Below are positions 1 through 14,700 of a stretch of 64,000 nt of DNA, piece by piece; positions within the stretch are counted from its first letter, which is position 1; each line of letters begins with the position of its first letter. Below the pieces are notes generated by a model, which made no database searches, had not been told where the DNA came from, and saw only the letters and a program-made list of their open reading frames with translations. Origin of the DNA: Balanoglossus misakiensis (taxonomy: Eukaryota; Animalia; Hemichordata); NCBI GenBank assembly GCA_040954595.2, contig CM082590.2, forward strand, positions 8,681,764-8,745,763. The letters run 5' to 3'. The translations under genes and the position numbers were made by a program.

Positions 1-474
1 AAGGTACAGTATAAATTTACCTTACATGTACGAGAGATGTACAGCAGACCAATGTCTGGAAATACACACCTTGTCTTGCCGTCAACCTCACACAATTGTC
101 AGTACCGTCACTCCGAATCAAAAAAGACATCAATAACACCAGCGACTTAATAGTCCAGTAATTCCCAACAACTGTCCTTCGGTTAATGGAATCATACACA
201 CCGCGATGTTTTCATAGACCACAGAACACACACACACCGGTCCCTTCCATTGACGTGCGTCGACAATTGTTGTTTCTTTAGACTGGACGTTCCAGCCGAG
301 AACCAAGTCTTTAACAATACCCTATTGTCGGTGTTCAACAACAATCAATTTTTAGTCCTCCAAGAAGCCGATCTGTCTATTGTGTACGGGTGCCTAAACA
401 CTAAGGTGTATGCTTTAGAAATCGGAACAAAAGAAAGTTGATCTCTAAGGGGATGTCGACAGCGTTCAGAAGAA

Positions 475-628
475 TAGATCTGGTTTGTTTCTTAGGACAA
501 AGTTAACAGATTTTTGGAATTTTGTATGTTTTATTTCATTACCTATATTATTAGATCTGGTTTGTTTCTTGGGACAAAGTTAATAGATTTTTAGATTTTT
601 GTATGTTTTATTTCATTACCTATATTAT
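475..628. repeat. Tandem duplication, 2 x 77 bp
   Basis: TAGATCTGGTTTGTTTCTT...ACCTATATTAT repeated with few substitutions. Confidence 0.9.
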
Positions 629-995
629 TCTCATGAAGCATGCAAAATTACTGATTTCTAGATTTCTATTAATTTTTACACACAGGCAAATAAGTGCTGG
701 TGCAATCAGATATGGATTTCTGGTAGCGACCAAACCAACGTTACTAAGCTAGCGAACGGTCACTCTACACACAGTAAGGAAGCGCACAGTGTTGTCTATT
801 GTCAAGACGTATGTTTCGATCCCGTTAATTATCCGCGAACAATAGTATTTTCTCACTTGGCTGCATCATTAGCATACATAAACAGCAAGCCAATGTTTTG
901 CTTTGCCTGCCGATACACCTAACTGTTTATCAATGCTAGACTTACCTTATGACCAGTTGACTAAGTTGACTAAGTTACCAAAGTGGAGATTTCAT

Positions 996-1087
996 TTAAC
1001 CCTTTCACCCCGTTTCATACTGCAGAGGTCCAACTTTACCATAGAAAGTAATAAATTTGGACCAGACCATGGTGGTGAAAGGGTTAA
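996..1087. mobile_element. About 90-bp piggyBac-type MITE (family A), representative copy
   Basis: TTAA-CCCTTTCACC...GGTGAAAGGG-TTAA. Other copies lie at about 2545-2637, 2698-2792, 5113-5198, 12046-12137, 35823-35917, 44404-44494, 47775-47868, 51080-51174, 57573-57664, 58700-58792 and 59153-59243. Confidence 0.8.
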
Positions 1088-2697
1088 ACTTAATGTTAGT
1101 AGAATGGGGAAAGATAGTCTAGTATCCAGCTGTTTTTTTACCAAAGCGGACAAATACGGCTAGATACTAGACTAGGGGAAAAACTGAACAATGTTAGTAC
1201 ATTTATCTTGTAACACACGTCATCCGTAGACTGCGTTCTCATTTGTCAATTGATAGTCATGTGATGTGCGTTCTTCTTGTGCTGTTGCTCGCCGGGCATC
1301 AGTTCCGAAAAATGATGCCCGCTCACTTTGTGTGTAGTGAGTTCTTACGCATGGCTGCGGATGAGATGTGTTACAAAATACATATTGACTGGCCTTTCGG
1401 GCAACAGCATACGTCTGTCGCCCCTCGGAACTGTGAGTCACCCCCACCCCCACCCCCAAATAAACTGCTTCACTCGGCCTTCAGCCTTGGGAAACAGTCT
1501 GTTTTGGGGGGTACGTCTATCACAGTCCCTCGGGTTACAGACGTATGCTGTTGCCCTCATGGCCAGTCAATATGTGCATAATTAATAATGAACTGACTCA
1601 CTCACCACTGATCGATTAATCCATCTTGAGATCTTGAGATGTGACTTGATGCAGAGTTTATCCACAAGATCTGTAATAAAACATAAAATTTGATTCAGAC
1701 AATGTTTCACCCAAAAACTATGTACGCGTTCATTTTGCTAGTGTGTGGCAATGAAGCATGATCTATCCAGGGTGGTACATTGTATTGGTGATTCACGAGA
1801 CGACAGAAGTTACAGAGATAAGCAGAAAAATAATCTACCTATACACCCCCACACAGTATAGTTCAGCCTTGATGTCAATGTCATGGCTGGACTATAAAAC
1901 AGTGAAATAGGGGTGGAAGGTATCTAACAAGGGGAGTGGTCCCTCCGAGAAGAACTTCCAAAAACAGCCAAACACACACTAACCCATTTCAGTCACCCCT
2001 ACACAAATCAGTGAAACTTTCACAAAGAAACTCAGGACCTAGCAGATACAGAAAACAGATGTGTTGTAACTCTAACAAGCATTACAGAAAAAGGAAAATA
2101 AATTTACCTGAATAGGCTATCAATAACAGGAACAAAATGTGGACAGCAAGTAAACGTACCACTTTGAACTATAGTGAACTAGACTCACAGTAGTCACAAC
2201 CCCTCTAATGTACGACGTGATTTGTTGAAATTACAATACAGTGGAGGGTATCATTTTAATTAATTTCTTTTGTATTTGCTGCCATGGAGTTTGTTCTGCG
2301 CTTGAAAATATTTGATAGAGGGGAAGTGGTTACGTAAGTTTTTCATTGAAAGGTGTCTCAACTTGTATTCAGCTAATTAAAATCACACTCTCTCGCTTTT
2401 GAAGTGGTTTTGTTTTTCGTTGTTATCAAGGTTTGATAGGCCAGAGTAATGAAATGCTATGTTTTACAACCCCTTTGAAATTATTTGAAAGATAGGTGGG
2501 TGTGTTAATGTATGAAGAATGCAAGAATCCTTTTAAATGAAAGTTTAACCCTTTCACCACCATGGTTTGGTCCAACCACATAGTTTTCTATGGTGAAGTT
2601 GGATCTCTAAAGAGGGAACTGGGGTTAAAAGGGGTAAATTGATGGAGAGTTGGTGTTGGCACAAACATTGTCACCATCCAACCAAACCAAGTCTGTT

Positions 2698-2792
2698 TTA
2701 ACCCTTTCACCACCATGGTTCAGTCCAAATCCATTGTGTTCTATGGTAAAGTTGGACCTCTCTATATAGGGAAATGGGGGTGAAAGGGTTAA
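2698..2792. mobile_element. Family A piggyBac-type MITE (neighbouring copy at 2545-2637)
   Basis: Intact TTAACCCTTTCACC/GGTGAAAGGGTTAA ends. Confidence 0.8.
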
Positions 2793-3196
2793 AGAATAGT
2801 TGATTTCTGGTAAAACAGTTGCTCTTACCTTTGACAGACTCTCCGAATATGGAACCAGTGATCAAGGCACAATATGGTGGCTGCAGACTTCTTATAAATC
2901 TTCCAAGAACCTGTATGCACAAAAGAACACAAAACACAGAATTAAATCTCTGCGGCCTGAAAGATTTCTTCGCTAACAATTTCGTTTTATAAAAGTGACT
3001 ATTTCAAAGGAATTTTTTTCACCCATAAGTCACAGACAGTTGCCTATCTGTGTGAAAATAAGCATGGTGTCCGATTTCAAAAACATCACATACATGACCA
3101 AACACTGAATAGATCTATGTGACAGGAATGTTTTTTTCAGCGTTAAAAACCACAACTATGTCCACATACCTGCAAATATTACAAAGCAATTTGATT

Positions 3197-3381
<185 letters not shown>

Positions 3382-5896
3382 ACAACATCTCAATCTGTCT
3401 GTCTATATGTGCATGCACTTGCCTATCACCCTGTCTGTCCACCAAACTGTCAAAACCTTACACCCTAAAATCAAACCAAAGACAATGGACACACATGGAG
3501 GTGGTTGACCCCTTTTTGCCAGCACACTTTGCACTAACCCCACCATTTCAAAGGGAGTGGCTGGGCCACTACACATGAAAACAGGGGTGACAGGGTTAAT
3601 GGACGGACTCGCAACGCTAAATTCTTTATTACCCCCCATCCTTAACCAGACACACCCACTATAATTGACTCATCAAAGCGTCCTTGACTTCTGTGGGGAC
3701 ATTCCGGTCAACAAGTACTGTCTTGTCATGTCCAGTCAAGCAAATAAATAATTCAATTCACAAAGTCTGTAACTCTATCTACTAACAATAGTGAGACACT
3801 TTTAGATCTTCCATTTGCAATGAATGCCCCGTTCTCACACCACTCTGAGAATTCCTCCCCAAGTCTGGTATTATTTAGATGTGTGAATGACTCGTTAACA
3901 CTTTGTCAGCTTTTTGGAGTCCATTGTTTTTTTAGGAAATTAGTTTCTCATCAGTAATTAAATCTGATAATTAAGTAGGACTCTAAAGATGGATTCCAAT
4001 CGTCTTCAAGACATGAAGTATAGACTGTTTGTTGTCGCAACTTTTTCTCTACACTTATTTTTTTTTTCAGGTTAACTATACCAAACTCCAGAAAATACAT
4101 CGCATGTCATAATACTCTACCCAGCACACGGTTACCTAGTGATCTAATGATTTCAGCAATCTACTTCAACACAAACTAATCCAAGCGATAGATACCTGAC
4201 ACATAAGGTGAGAAAAACACACATTTAATGAACACCACCATCATAAATATTCCGGATAAATGTCAGAGCATCCTGGATACAGAGACAAGCAAGTAGAATG
4301 TTTTACAAGTACTCTAGTTCAGTTTGAGTCAGCTAAGTAACAATTTATGAGTTTCACAGGAAACACAAGGCTATCTAGACAGGGGAGGGGGGGGATTCAC
4401 CTCCCATTGACATGTTGGCATCCCCCAACAATTTGTCAAGGGGGGACCAGAGCCCCCTTAAAACAATGTCACTCATATGTTAGAGATATTACATTCCCCC
4501 TTGCTAGAGTGGAACCCCCCTCAAATATTCCGGCATAGGAGGACATATCCCCCCTGCTGATGCCATCCTGGATAAAAAACACTGGCTAAAACGTGATTTG
4601 TGTCACTGATCATCTGCAGGGGAACCTGATTATAAGGTCACTGAGCACAGAGCGTTTGATATGCGACTGCATGAAGGGTACAGTCGGCACACAGAATTGA
4701 CAATGGACATGTATTCCTAATAGGTTTGGTTACTTGGCAGGTTCCCATAGCAACTATTCTCTACACAACAAACATTCTTTGCACAACAGCAAACTTTGCA
4801 ACTGAGAAAAAATGTTTTGAAAGCTAAACTTGAACAAGTGAGCAATATAACCATCAGCAAAGAGACAAACTAAGTATGAAACAAATTTTAAAGGTGTGTT
4901 ACCATGCCAACTTAGACTGAGTCTCAAATTTTAAATTCAAAATGGCCGCCAATTGTTATGCTAATCATCATGTAAATAATAACTTGTCATAGTTATTTTT
5001 ATGAAAACAAGATGGTGAACACCATTATTTTCTTCTTTTTATCACTAAATCTCCACACATACATCAATATATTAAAGAATTGAAAGATTTTTCTGAAAAT
5101 CAGTTCCTGTCTGTTACCCCTGTGCCCTTGTGTAGAGGCCCAACTTTACCATTGAAAACAATAGGTTTGGACCAAATCATTATTATGAAAGGGATAAATA
5201 ACATAGTGGATTTACTTTAATGAACTGTCTTCATTTAACCAATAAAACCTGGAGTCAAATGGTCTAAATTTTAAGGTATAAGAATCTTTCACTTTGATTT
5301 CAGACTGTAAGAGAAATCACAGGCCATATGTTCAATCAGGACCCCAGTCTAAACTATTAGTACTGTAAATGTAAACAAACTTGTACTAGTATGGACAATA
5401 AACACACTGTCACTTTTCAAGGGGTTGACCTGACCCAACTAGGAATAGAGTTGATCACAGGTCTGGTATATATTAATTGATCAAGACACTTAAATTAGAT
5501 CGATACCAGACCGGACAGACACCACACAGCTGTTGAACTAGCTATTGGACAACTTATGTTTTTTCCCTGCATAGATTCACAGATCCATGACTACATCACG
5601 TTCATCAAAATACAACCTCAGAGCTGGACAGACAAACTCTATTTGAACTACTTAAACATATTACGTAATTAATTATCTAAGTCGCACTATTGTAAAACTC
5701 GCGATTCAACACGCAAATCGGGCAAATTACTTACACTGTTATAATTTCACTGATTCTTAGGACACATGCCCTGTGCCAAAGTGTGAATGTTTTGATTTTG
5801 CCCAACCATTCAAAACTCAGTACTACTTATCCTATAAACACACATATCTCCTCAAATCTCTATAATTTACTCACACAGACAAATAAATACGTTAAA

Positions 5897-6010
5897 ACTC
5901 ACCAGAGCTGAAAGATTCCAGTAGTTCCAGATCTTTCCAGACTTTTTCCTGCAGCTGAAACGAACAAGGGGTAGCTGCTTAAAAATGGCCGACGTGTTGA
6001 TTGACTGGAC
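5897..6010 (-). other. Probable non-coding first exon of a gene running leftwards out of the window
   Basis: Strong donor CTG|GTGAGT at 5897-5902 next to a YY1-like AAAATGGCCG at about 5982-5991. I recognised no coding exon in 1-5900. Confidence 0.3.
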
Positions 6011-7789
6011 TGTTCTTAAGTGACCCGAAGGTTGTTCTTTTGTTTATCTTTTCAATTTCTCATTTGCATAAGAAAGGACTCTCACTGCCGGCGTCTTTAT
6101 TGTCAAATTTGATTGTTATTTTAACTTTGAACATTTGAGACTGGTTGAACAAGAAGTCGCCTAGGTCATATTTTGATAAGATTGCTTTCAAGAAAAATCA
6201 AATGACCGAAAAGTAAAAGAATCCTGACTCTTAGTCCATGGATCCAGTACAGTGTTTTTATATTCAAATTTCATATTTATTACTCATGAAAATCTTAGAT
6301 TCTTACATCAATATGTCTATTACAGAAATATACATTATGCGGATTTTGGTTCATTCTCTACCCGAACGAAACTGTTTTATCTTCTTCAAACCTAAACTTC
6401 ATTTTAATTATTGCGGCAGAAATAATTTAACATGATGTACACAAGATATTGCTTACGTCGCCAAACGAAATGCAAAAGACACGTGCGCAATGAGATGAGT
6501 GTTACATGTACTTTCATATTTTTATGGGATTCTAAGCTTGTGGTTCCGACAGAAAGATTCCAAAGAAAACATGACTACAAATATAAATGATAGATCCTAT
6601 TTCTTCAATCCGTGCATCAACTAGTTAGGTATACTCGGATTAATTGATATCTTGAGAGAATCTAAATATAACCTGAATATTGAGGTGTGTAGAACTTATA
6701 TGAGGACACAACCAGGTAGACTAAGTTTCGTCCCGCGATTTTTTCCCTTTACAAGTGAAACAATCTTTACGCGCGTTCCCCAGAGAAGCTTGACCACTTC
6801 TAGTTTCACGATATACAAACCGTTGGATAAATGAAGGCAAAATATAACCATTTACTTACTATATTATCATCTTCGCGCGATGAAATCCCTGCAATTTGTC
6901 GTCTGCATGGTTAAATTGACCTCATTCCACCGTTGGGTGCGCTGTGCATATTCTTCAGCACAGCACAGCGCACCCAACGGCAGGAAACACAAAATAATTT
7001 CACAAATTTGAAAGAAATTGATGTGGTTGTACTTGTAAATTGCGCTGTTTCTAATGAAAAGAAGCATCGTATACAAAAACATATGAATTGGCACTTAAAC
7101 TTGTGGGGCTGACAGAAATCACAGAAGATTTCATAAGATTTTTTCACAGTTTTTTGCAAAGTATAAATATCTGGTAGCTATGACATGAAATAACATACAT
7201 AAAGGACTAAATGATGATATATATTTTCTAATTTATTGCAGAAATCAGTAGTGACAAATCTCCAATGTTCATAATCTCTAGAAATCTCTCAACATGATTT
7301 AAATGTCTCACATAATTGTTCTTGTAATCTAAAACAGTATTTTCCAACTGTGATTTTCAATGATTTTTAAAATAAATTTTGGTATATTGTGATCGGAAAC
7401 GTCGTGCAGTAATATCTTTCTCACACAATTTTTACATGAATCATAAATTGTCTTTTTAAAGTTTACATGTATATTTAGAAGAATTTTACATAAAAATGTA
7501 CATTGGTAGTGCAGTTAAAACTTTCATGATATCAAAAGTAGATAAAATTACAAGATTTTTTGCTTGTAAGTACAAATCTGAGAAAAACACTTTTTACAGA
7601 TGCTTAAAAGAATTAAATTACATGTACAGGAAAAAGGAAATATATACAAAAGTTACAAAATGCATCTCTGTGAAGTTGAGACACTTGAGTTGAAGAAAGT
7701 ACATGGTTATTTGGTGTTGTATTGTTGCCACTTGATTTGGTTTGGTTGTAGATGTATTAATGGGGTGGGGAATTTCTGCTTGTGAGGGG

Positions 7790-8121
7790 AGGGGTGTGTA
7801 TGTGGGTTTGTGTGTGTGACTGTGTGTGGGGGTGTGTGTGGTGAAGTGCTGGTGTGTATGTGGGCTGGTCTATGGGTACCTATGTGAAATTGGGTATGTG
7901 GGATATGGTGTATGTATAGGTGTACATGTGATTGATGTGTGTGGGTTTGCTTTTGGTGGCTCGGGGTGTATGTGTGTGTGTGTAAGTGGGTGTGTACCTG
8001 GTAGGATACATATGTATGTATATAGTAGAGTGTGCAAGGGAACTAAGGCTGTTTTGACATAGGTATGTGTACATGTGTATGTATATTGTGGCAATGTGTA
8101 TGTGTGTGTGTGTGTGTGTGT
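7790..8121. repeat. GT-rich degenerate microsatellite
   Basis: Directly visible. Confidence 0.8.
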
Positions 8122-8563
8122 AAAGATATGTTTTAAAGCTCAAGTCAAGGTATTTTTTCATTCGTGTGTGCTGATGTCCATGCAATTAATCTCTATTCAT
8201 TTCTTTTTTCTTGAAAGGGAACAATTAAACTTAAAAAACATTTTATAGTGACATGATTGTGAAAACTTCCCTCCACAAATCTTAGAATTTCCCCCCAGTA
8301 TTAACCATGGTTCAGTCGTATTTCGACTGACTCCATCAAGTGATTCACGCAATGAATTTCCCACAAAAATACGGACGGATATTTCATTGAATACACTAGA
8401 AATGGGTCAGAGGTCATGGTTCAAGGTTCATATATAGACTCCATGCAGCAGGCGTAATAAATATTCCAGTCGTGGTATTCTGTTACATGAAGACTCTTCA
8501 TGGAAACTTGATTATTCTTGACCTGGGTCAGAGTTCAGAGTTCATAAAACAAGGGGTGAAAGT

Positions 8564-11500
8564 TCAAGTTTCAGCCGGTAAAGGTGTAAGGCTATGCGTC
8601 GTCGACTGCGACGGTGACCTTGTGACGACCTTTGTGATGATGCCAATGGGCGTGTCTGGAGGAATCGGGGTGTGGTCAGGAGACGCGGACCTTCGTAGCG
8701 ATGACCCGGGCGGGGTTCGCGGCGGCGAGGGTCTGCGATTCGCTGTCGGTGTATCTGGAGAAGAGAAAATAATTATAGAGTAATTTTAAACGTATTAATC
8801 TAAAAAAAACATGACTCACACATGAGTATGTAAAGAAAATATGTGTTTCTTTAATAACCAAAACAGTTCAATTTTTATAAGCGTCAATGATCATAGATAC
8901 AGTGCAAAATTAATCAAATCCTCCTCAGCCTGAGGAGCCCTTTCTGAATACACTAAGACTGGCGTTGCCAGGCTAATATAGTATCAACATCAGATGCCAT
9001 TTCAAATTACTTAAGCTCCATATCAAATTGTACAATTGGAGTGACAGGGCACTATCAAACTTACAGTGGCATTTAAATTGGTGTTATTATGCAGTGATAA
9101 GTATAAAACGAAGTTGCTGCAAAAGACAACTCTCACCTCTAGGTGATGTTACGGTCACAGATCTCTTGCTGCTTCCAGAGCTGGATTTCGTTTTCTTCGT
9201 GTTTGGGGGCGCTGTTCCGAGCGTGTCGTCCGATGACGGCACCTTGATTGGTGGAAGTGGTTGAGCCTGGTTGAATCCCTCTGCGCTCTTCGCTCGTAAC
9301 CGACTCCCCGCGCCGCTGCTGTTCGGGTTGACGTACGGAGTGGATGGAGGGGCTGCGGTCTGCATGTCCATCACCAAACCTACAAATAGACAATATTTAT
9401 TTATTTATTTATTTATTTGTTGCAGTCCTTTTAAATCAGGGCTCACTAAATCAAAACTTTAGGAGCTGCAAGAGATTTATAAAAATGAATACCAGAAAAA
9501 AATTTCAATTGCAGAAATCTAATAGGTTAGGGATACTGCTGGTGAAACATATGGTGAAACTTAGGGAGCTTCTATCGCAATAATCCAATTTGATTGGTAG
9601 ACAGTCAGTACATGGATGTAAATTTGCATGGAGCCACTTAGTTTTCAGAATTAAAGTCAATAGGATGCACTAACCTGGGGTAGAATGAGGTCGCTTTGGT
9701 GCATTGGGTGAAGGATTGGCTGATGGCCGTGCGACAGTCATGTACGACCTCAAGTTGGTGTTCGAAGCCATCACTAATCGGTCATCTGTGCTGACTGGTT
9801 TTATCTGAGCACTGAAATTTAAAAATGACAAAGTTGTAGGTTAATATCAGCAAAATATTCTTCTTCAAAAATGGAAATAAAAAATAAATCAATGTCACAG
9901 ACCACTCACAATCACATACAGTAAAACCTGTCTAAACTGAACACCAAAGGGACTGAAGAAATTGTGGGTTTGCAGAGGTGTCCAGATTATAGAGGTTCTT
10001 TTAACATGTAATTCTCTGCAACAGGGACTGTGTTAAGTATAGACAAGTTTCCAGATTAGACAGGGTCTGTTTAACGTTTAGACAGGTTTTATTGTAACAG
10101 CATTCCTGTTCTCACATTTAACCAATCAGATACGCTCTTTCTCTCACCTTATGGTGTTCTGTCCAATCAGCATTCGGTTGACATCCAGCTCAAGAAGCCT
10201 GGGTGTTGTAATCATGTTAGAGATATGTTTACTGGACTCGGAGCCAGGTTTGACCTGTGATGCGTTCATGGTCCACATCGGCTGATCCGAGGGGCCGACC
10301 GGAACAGATAATCCCTGCATCGGAGCTTCCTCGTATTCTTCCGGAATCTCCGAGGCGTCAAATGTTCCCTGTCAAATATTTAGAAAATAGTAAATCAAAT
10401 TTTGTGGACTCAAGGCCATGATTTTAATATTGGAAGACTATGATCAAGGCATTGCAGCCAAATCCTGCAGATAAAAGTATACTCTATCACCTTTGTGTAT
10501 ACAAATAATTTAATTACAGTAAAACCTGTCTAAACTTGACACCAAAAGGACTGAAGAAATTTTCAGTTTGTAGACGTGTCGGGTTTATAGAAGTTCTTTT
10601 TAACATGTGGTTCCATGTCAAAGGCACAGGAAAATGTGTTTTGTACAGATAGGTTTCAAGAGTTCGGTTTAGACAGGTTTTTACTGTACCACGCAGAACA
10701 GAATAGACACAATAATAGAATTTCAATTGGTTTATTTCTCAGGAAAATAAGTCAGATCAAAGACTGGCTTACCTGTGTTGGAGGTCTGGTTAATCTTGAC
10801 ACATGCATGGATGCAGGGGTTGGTGCTGGAACCGGGTTTATTGGAGTTCCATCACGCAGCGGTGTGTAACTTCTACTGGCCATTTTCGGCGGTCGATAAT
10901 TGTTGCTGATTTTACCCATGTACTTTGCGACGTATCCTCTGTGGGAGACAAGAGAATGTATTGTCAGTTTTTACTTCTTTATCAGCTGTTGCCACTTAAG
11001 GTGAACATTTTCTTCTAATGTTTTAAGACACCAAGAGACAGTCTGTCTGCCTTGTATATGTGTCTGTCTGCATATACTTGCTTGTTTGTCTATCTGCCTT
11101 CTGTGGTTTATCTATGTCTGTCTGTCTGTCTATCTATCTGTCTGTCTCTGTCTGTCTGCCTTGCATGTGTGTGTGTCTGTCTGCCTGTGTTTGTCAGTCT
11201 GTCTGTCTCTATGTCACAGTGCAGTCCTCCTGTAGGGACAACAAACCTTCCATCCATCTATCATCAATCAATCTTTCTCTATTCATCAATCTATAAAGAC
11301 CCTGTTTCCCTAACCGTCATTCTACGATTATACTGTTTTTAAAACCTGAAATTATTCTCTTTCTGACCCTGTTTTCCAACTTACTTTCCCTTCCATGAGT
11401 AAATGGGTTTGATCAGGAATATTCCTGATTCTTCTTCAATCATGGTCAGTGTGTCCATCAGGATATGTGCTAGTCTCATTCTTTCCTCTCCCATTTCATC

Positions 11501-11670
11501 CATCTTTTCATTCCATCGCTGTGCTCTCTGAAGAAACAAAAGGAAAAAATATCTTTACACCGTGCAGAGAGAATTAAAAAAGTCATTAGAAAGTTTACCA
11601 GTTATCTGTCGATGTTTTGTCCGTGTTTGTCTATCTTTCAGTCTCTCTCTCTGTCTCACTCTCTCTCTGT

Positions 11671-11723
<53 letters not shown>

Positions 11724-14700
11724 TCTCTCTCTCTCTGCCTCTCTCTCTCTCTCTCTCTCTTTCTCATTAAGTCTGTTTGTTTGTTTGTTTGTTTGTTTGT
11801 ATACCAAGTTGGTGGTTAGATTTTCTGAAGACTCACCGCATTCTGAAGTGCCTCCATTTTGTCCAACAAATGGAAAACATCATCATCAAGGCTTTGACTC
11901 TGCCTTACGTGTTCTGAAGAAAAAAAAAACAAATACACAAAATTGTCAGCAAAGAAACAAACAAAAACACACATAGGTCAGGCCCCCCAAAATCACAAAG
12001 AATTGGCCATATTTCATCCTTCATGCATTCTGAAGATGAGTTCTTTTAAACCTTTCTCCCCTTTTCCCGGTATAGAGGTCCAACTTTACTATAGAAAACA
12101 ATGGATTTGGACCAAACCATGGTGATGAAAGGGCTAACTCCAGCCAAAGTGTCAACTAACCTTCAATATTTTTCATCTGTACATGATGAGTGTATTTTTT
12201 CACAAGATGGACCAGTCGCTGACTCGGCAGTTCAACGTAACTTTCCATGGCGTCGACCGCTTTCTTGTACGAATCCTGTGATATCTTGTTCGCCTGGACG
12301 CCCTTCTTCAACGCTCGTTGATTCCTCTCCGAGTCCAAGTTCGAGAACATGATCGGCGGGTCTTGTTCGCGACTTGCGAGGGTGGAACCGTATCTCGCTG
12401 TGCTGCCTGCTGCGGCGAGCTCTCGCTGCAGTTCGGTGATCATGTCCTGCATTTCCATCATCACGACCGCGTTGTGACTGCAAAGAAACAAGGGATCTCA
12501 TTGGTCAGGGCTGGCATCACATGGCTGTCATATGACCTCAAGTCATGATCTAATTTGATGATATGATAAAACGTAACAGGTACATCACATAGATGATAGA
12601 GTACCCAATTAAAGAGTACCTGACACGTGATTGGTTTCTTTGGTCACATGATTACATTAACCAATCTTAGTCATCTATATGGATCATATGACAAAGCTAA
12701 CCAATCAGATAAGTGCAGAATTATCCTGAATATACTTACTTCAGTTGTTCTTCATAAACTTTCTTCTCTTTCTGTTGTTCAGCTTTCCTATAATCACAAA
12801 TCAAACATTAGAAATTAATAACAAAATCTTTCGATATTCCAGTATATATCATAACTCAATAAAAGTACAAAACAGCTCCACTTTTCGCAGTTAACCCACA
12901 GTGCTGTATTACAAAAGATCACAAATCTTGATATATTTAATAAATGGTAAATAAAAGTTTTTCACCTATACATTTCAATATTTCAGTTATTATGCCAATA
13001 AGTTTAGGAAACACTGGTTGCTAGGTAGCATATCATCATGTCTCGCATCTCCGTAGCAACTAGAAACTTACAATTTTTCAACTGCGTCTTGTAGCTCCTT
13101 AATAATGATGTCAGTCTCAAATGTAACGTTACTTGCTTCGCGTTGAATTTCTTCGGCCAGTGGCGGTGGTGGTAGTTGCGATTGTTGAGTTGTGATCGTT
13201 TGCTCAGTCAATCCTCGGGACATGGACGAAACTCTGGGATCCATCTCGTTCTCGATCAACATTGAAAGTATCTCAGCGATTTCTTTCAGAGCTGTCACGG
13301 AATGAAAACACAATACGACAATCAGAAACTGGTCACAATATTTTTTTCGCAAATTATCAGGACATCAGTTTTATTTCTCACACTGTGCACAAAAGATAAA
13401 AAATCCAAGAATTATCCGAGATAATTTAATTTACCCTTTTCAGTGTTTTCTTTCATTTCTGATACCTGTACATGAACCATCCTTTCATCGTCAAACTCCA
13501 CAATCGGAATATCTTCTAACCGAGTTGCATGTGACATCAGTTCTAAAAACAAAACAAAACAAAACAAGTTAATATTGTTTTAATATTTTCATTACATGTA
13601 CCATGGAAAGTTCAGATCAAGCCAATCACAGATTTTCACTTGGCTTGCCATGTTTAAAAGGTGCTATCACATGTTCATTAGAAAAGACACACCCTTTTAC
13701 CATATCATCAGTAAAAATGTGAGTATTACTTAAAAAGTTATCTTGATGAGGAATTATTTATCAGAAAGTCTTCTACCACGTACTGTGTGTGTGATCACTT
13801 GCCATCATTACCATGGAAACAACTTGTTAACAACCTTACCTTTTTCTTGTAAGATCTTTACAAGTTTCTCTTTGAAGTCTTGCACTATTTGGTAAGTTTT
13901 CAAGTACTCCTGTACAATCGGATGTTCAGCTATGGAGACGGATTTCCTAAAACAGACCAACGGATAAACACAAACATTAGCACAATCAAAAAAGGTTAAC
14001 CTTAGCATTTACAAACCGAGACAGTCAGATCAATAACAACTGTTAGTGGTTAAAATCATCAACTTATTTTTTTCCATGTTTGAACAGTTTCCTGTTACTT
14101 TCTGCTTTATTTCATCCAGTATGTGACACTGCATTGGGGGGGAATACATTTCTGTTTGTGTGTGTCTGTATATATTTGTGTATTTGTGTGAATAATGTGT
14201 GTGTGTGCGCGCGTGCGTGTGTGCACACGTGAGTGACAACATACCTGGACGAGGCACCACTTCTGATTGTCATAGGTGACGTAGCGTGATCAACAAGTTC
14301 AACTCCAACTGAGCATAGAAAAAAGATGCGAAAAAAGCATGAGATTCTGTTCATCAATATCAAGGCAGACACATCACATTCCTGTTGAGTAAAAGTCCGA
14401 ATCATATCACAAAAATTCACATATAGCATTTGTTACTAGTGCCTTAAACTGGTAGTATACATGTACAACAAATTGACTGGTATAGAAACCTTAGGTTTCC
14501 CCAGGACGAATAGACAGTTAAGCAAATCACAAACAGATCTATAACTGTCACGAAACAAACGAACACCTACTTACTAAACATTTAAGCACAGTTGTGTCAA
14601 TATTAGATGTACATAAAGTAATCTGCAACAATGTGTGCTCTAGCTATACTTCACAGACTGAGGTTACTGTCTAAGCCCCCTCAACAACACACATCAACAA

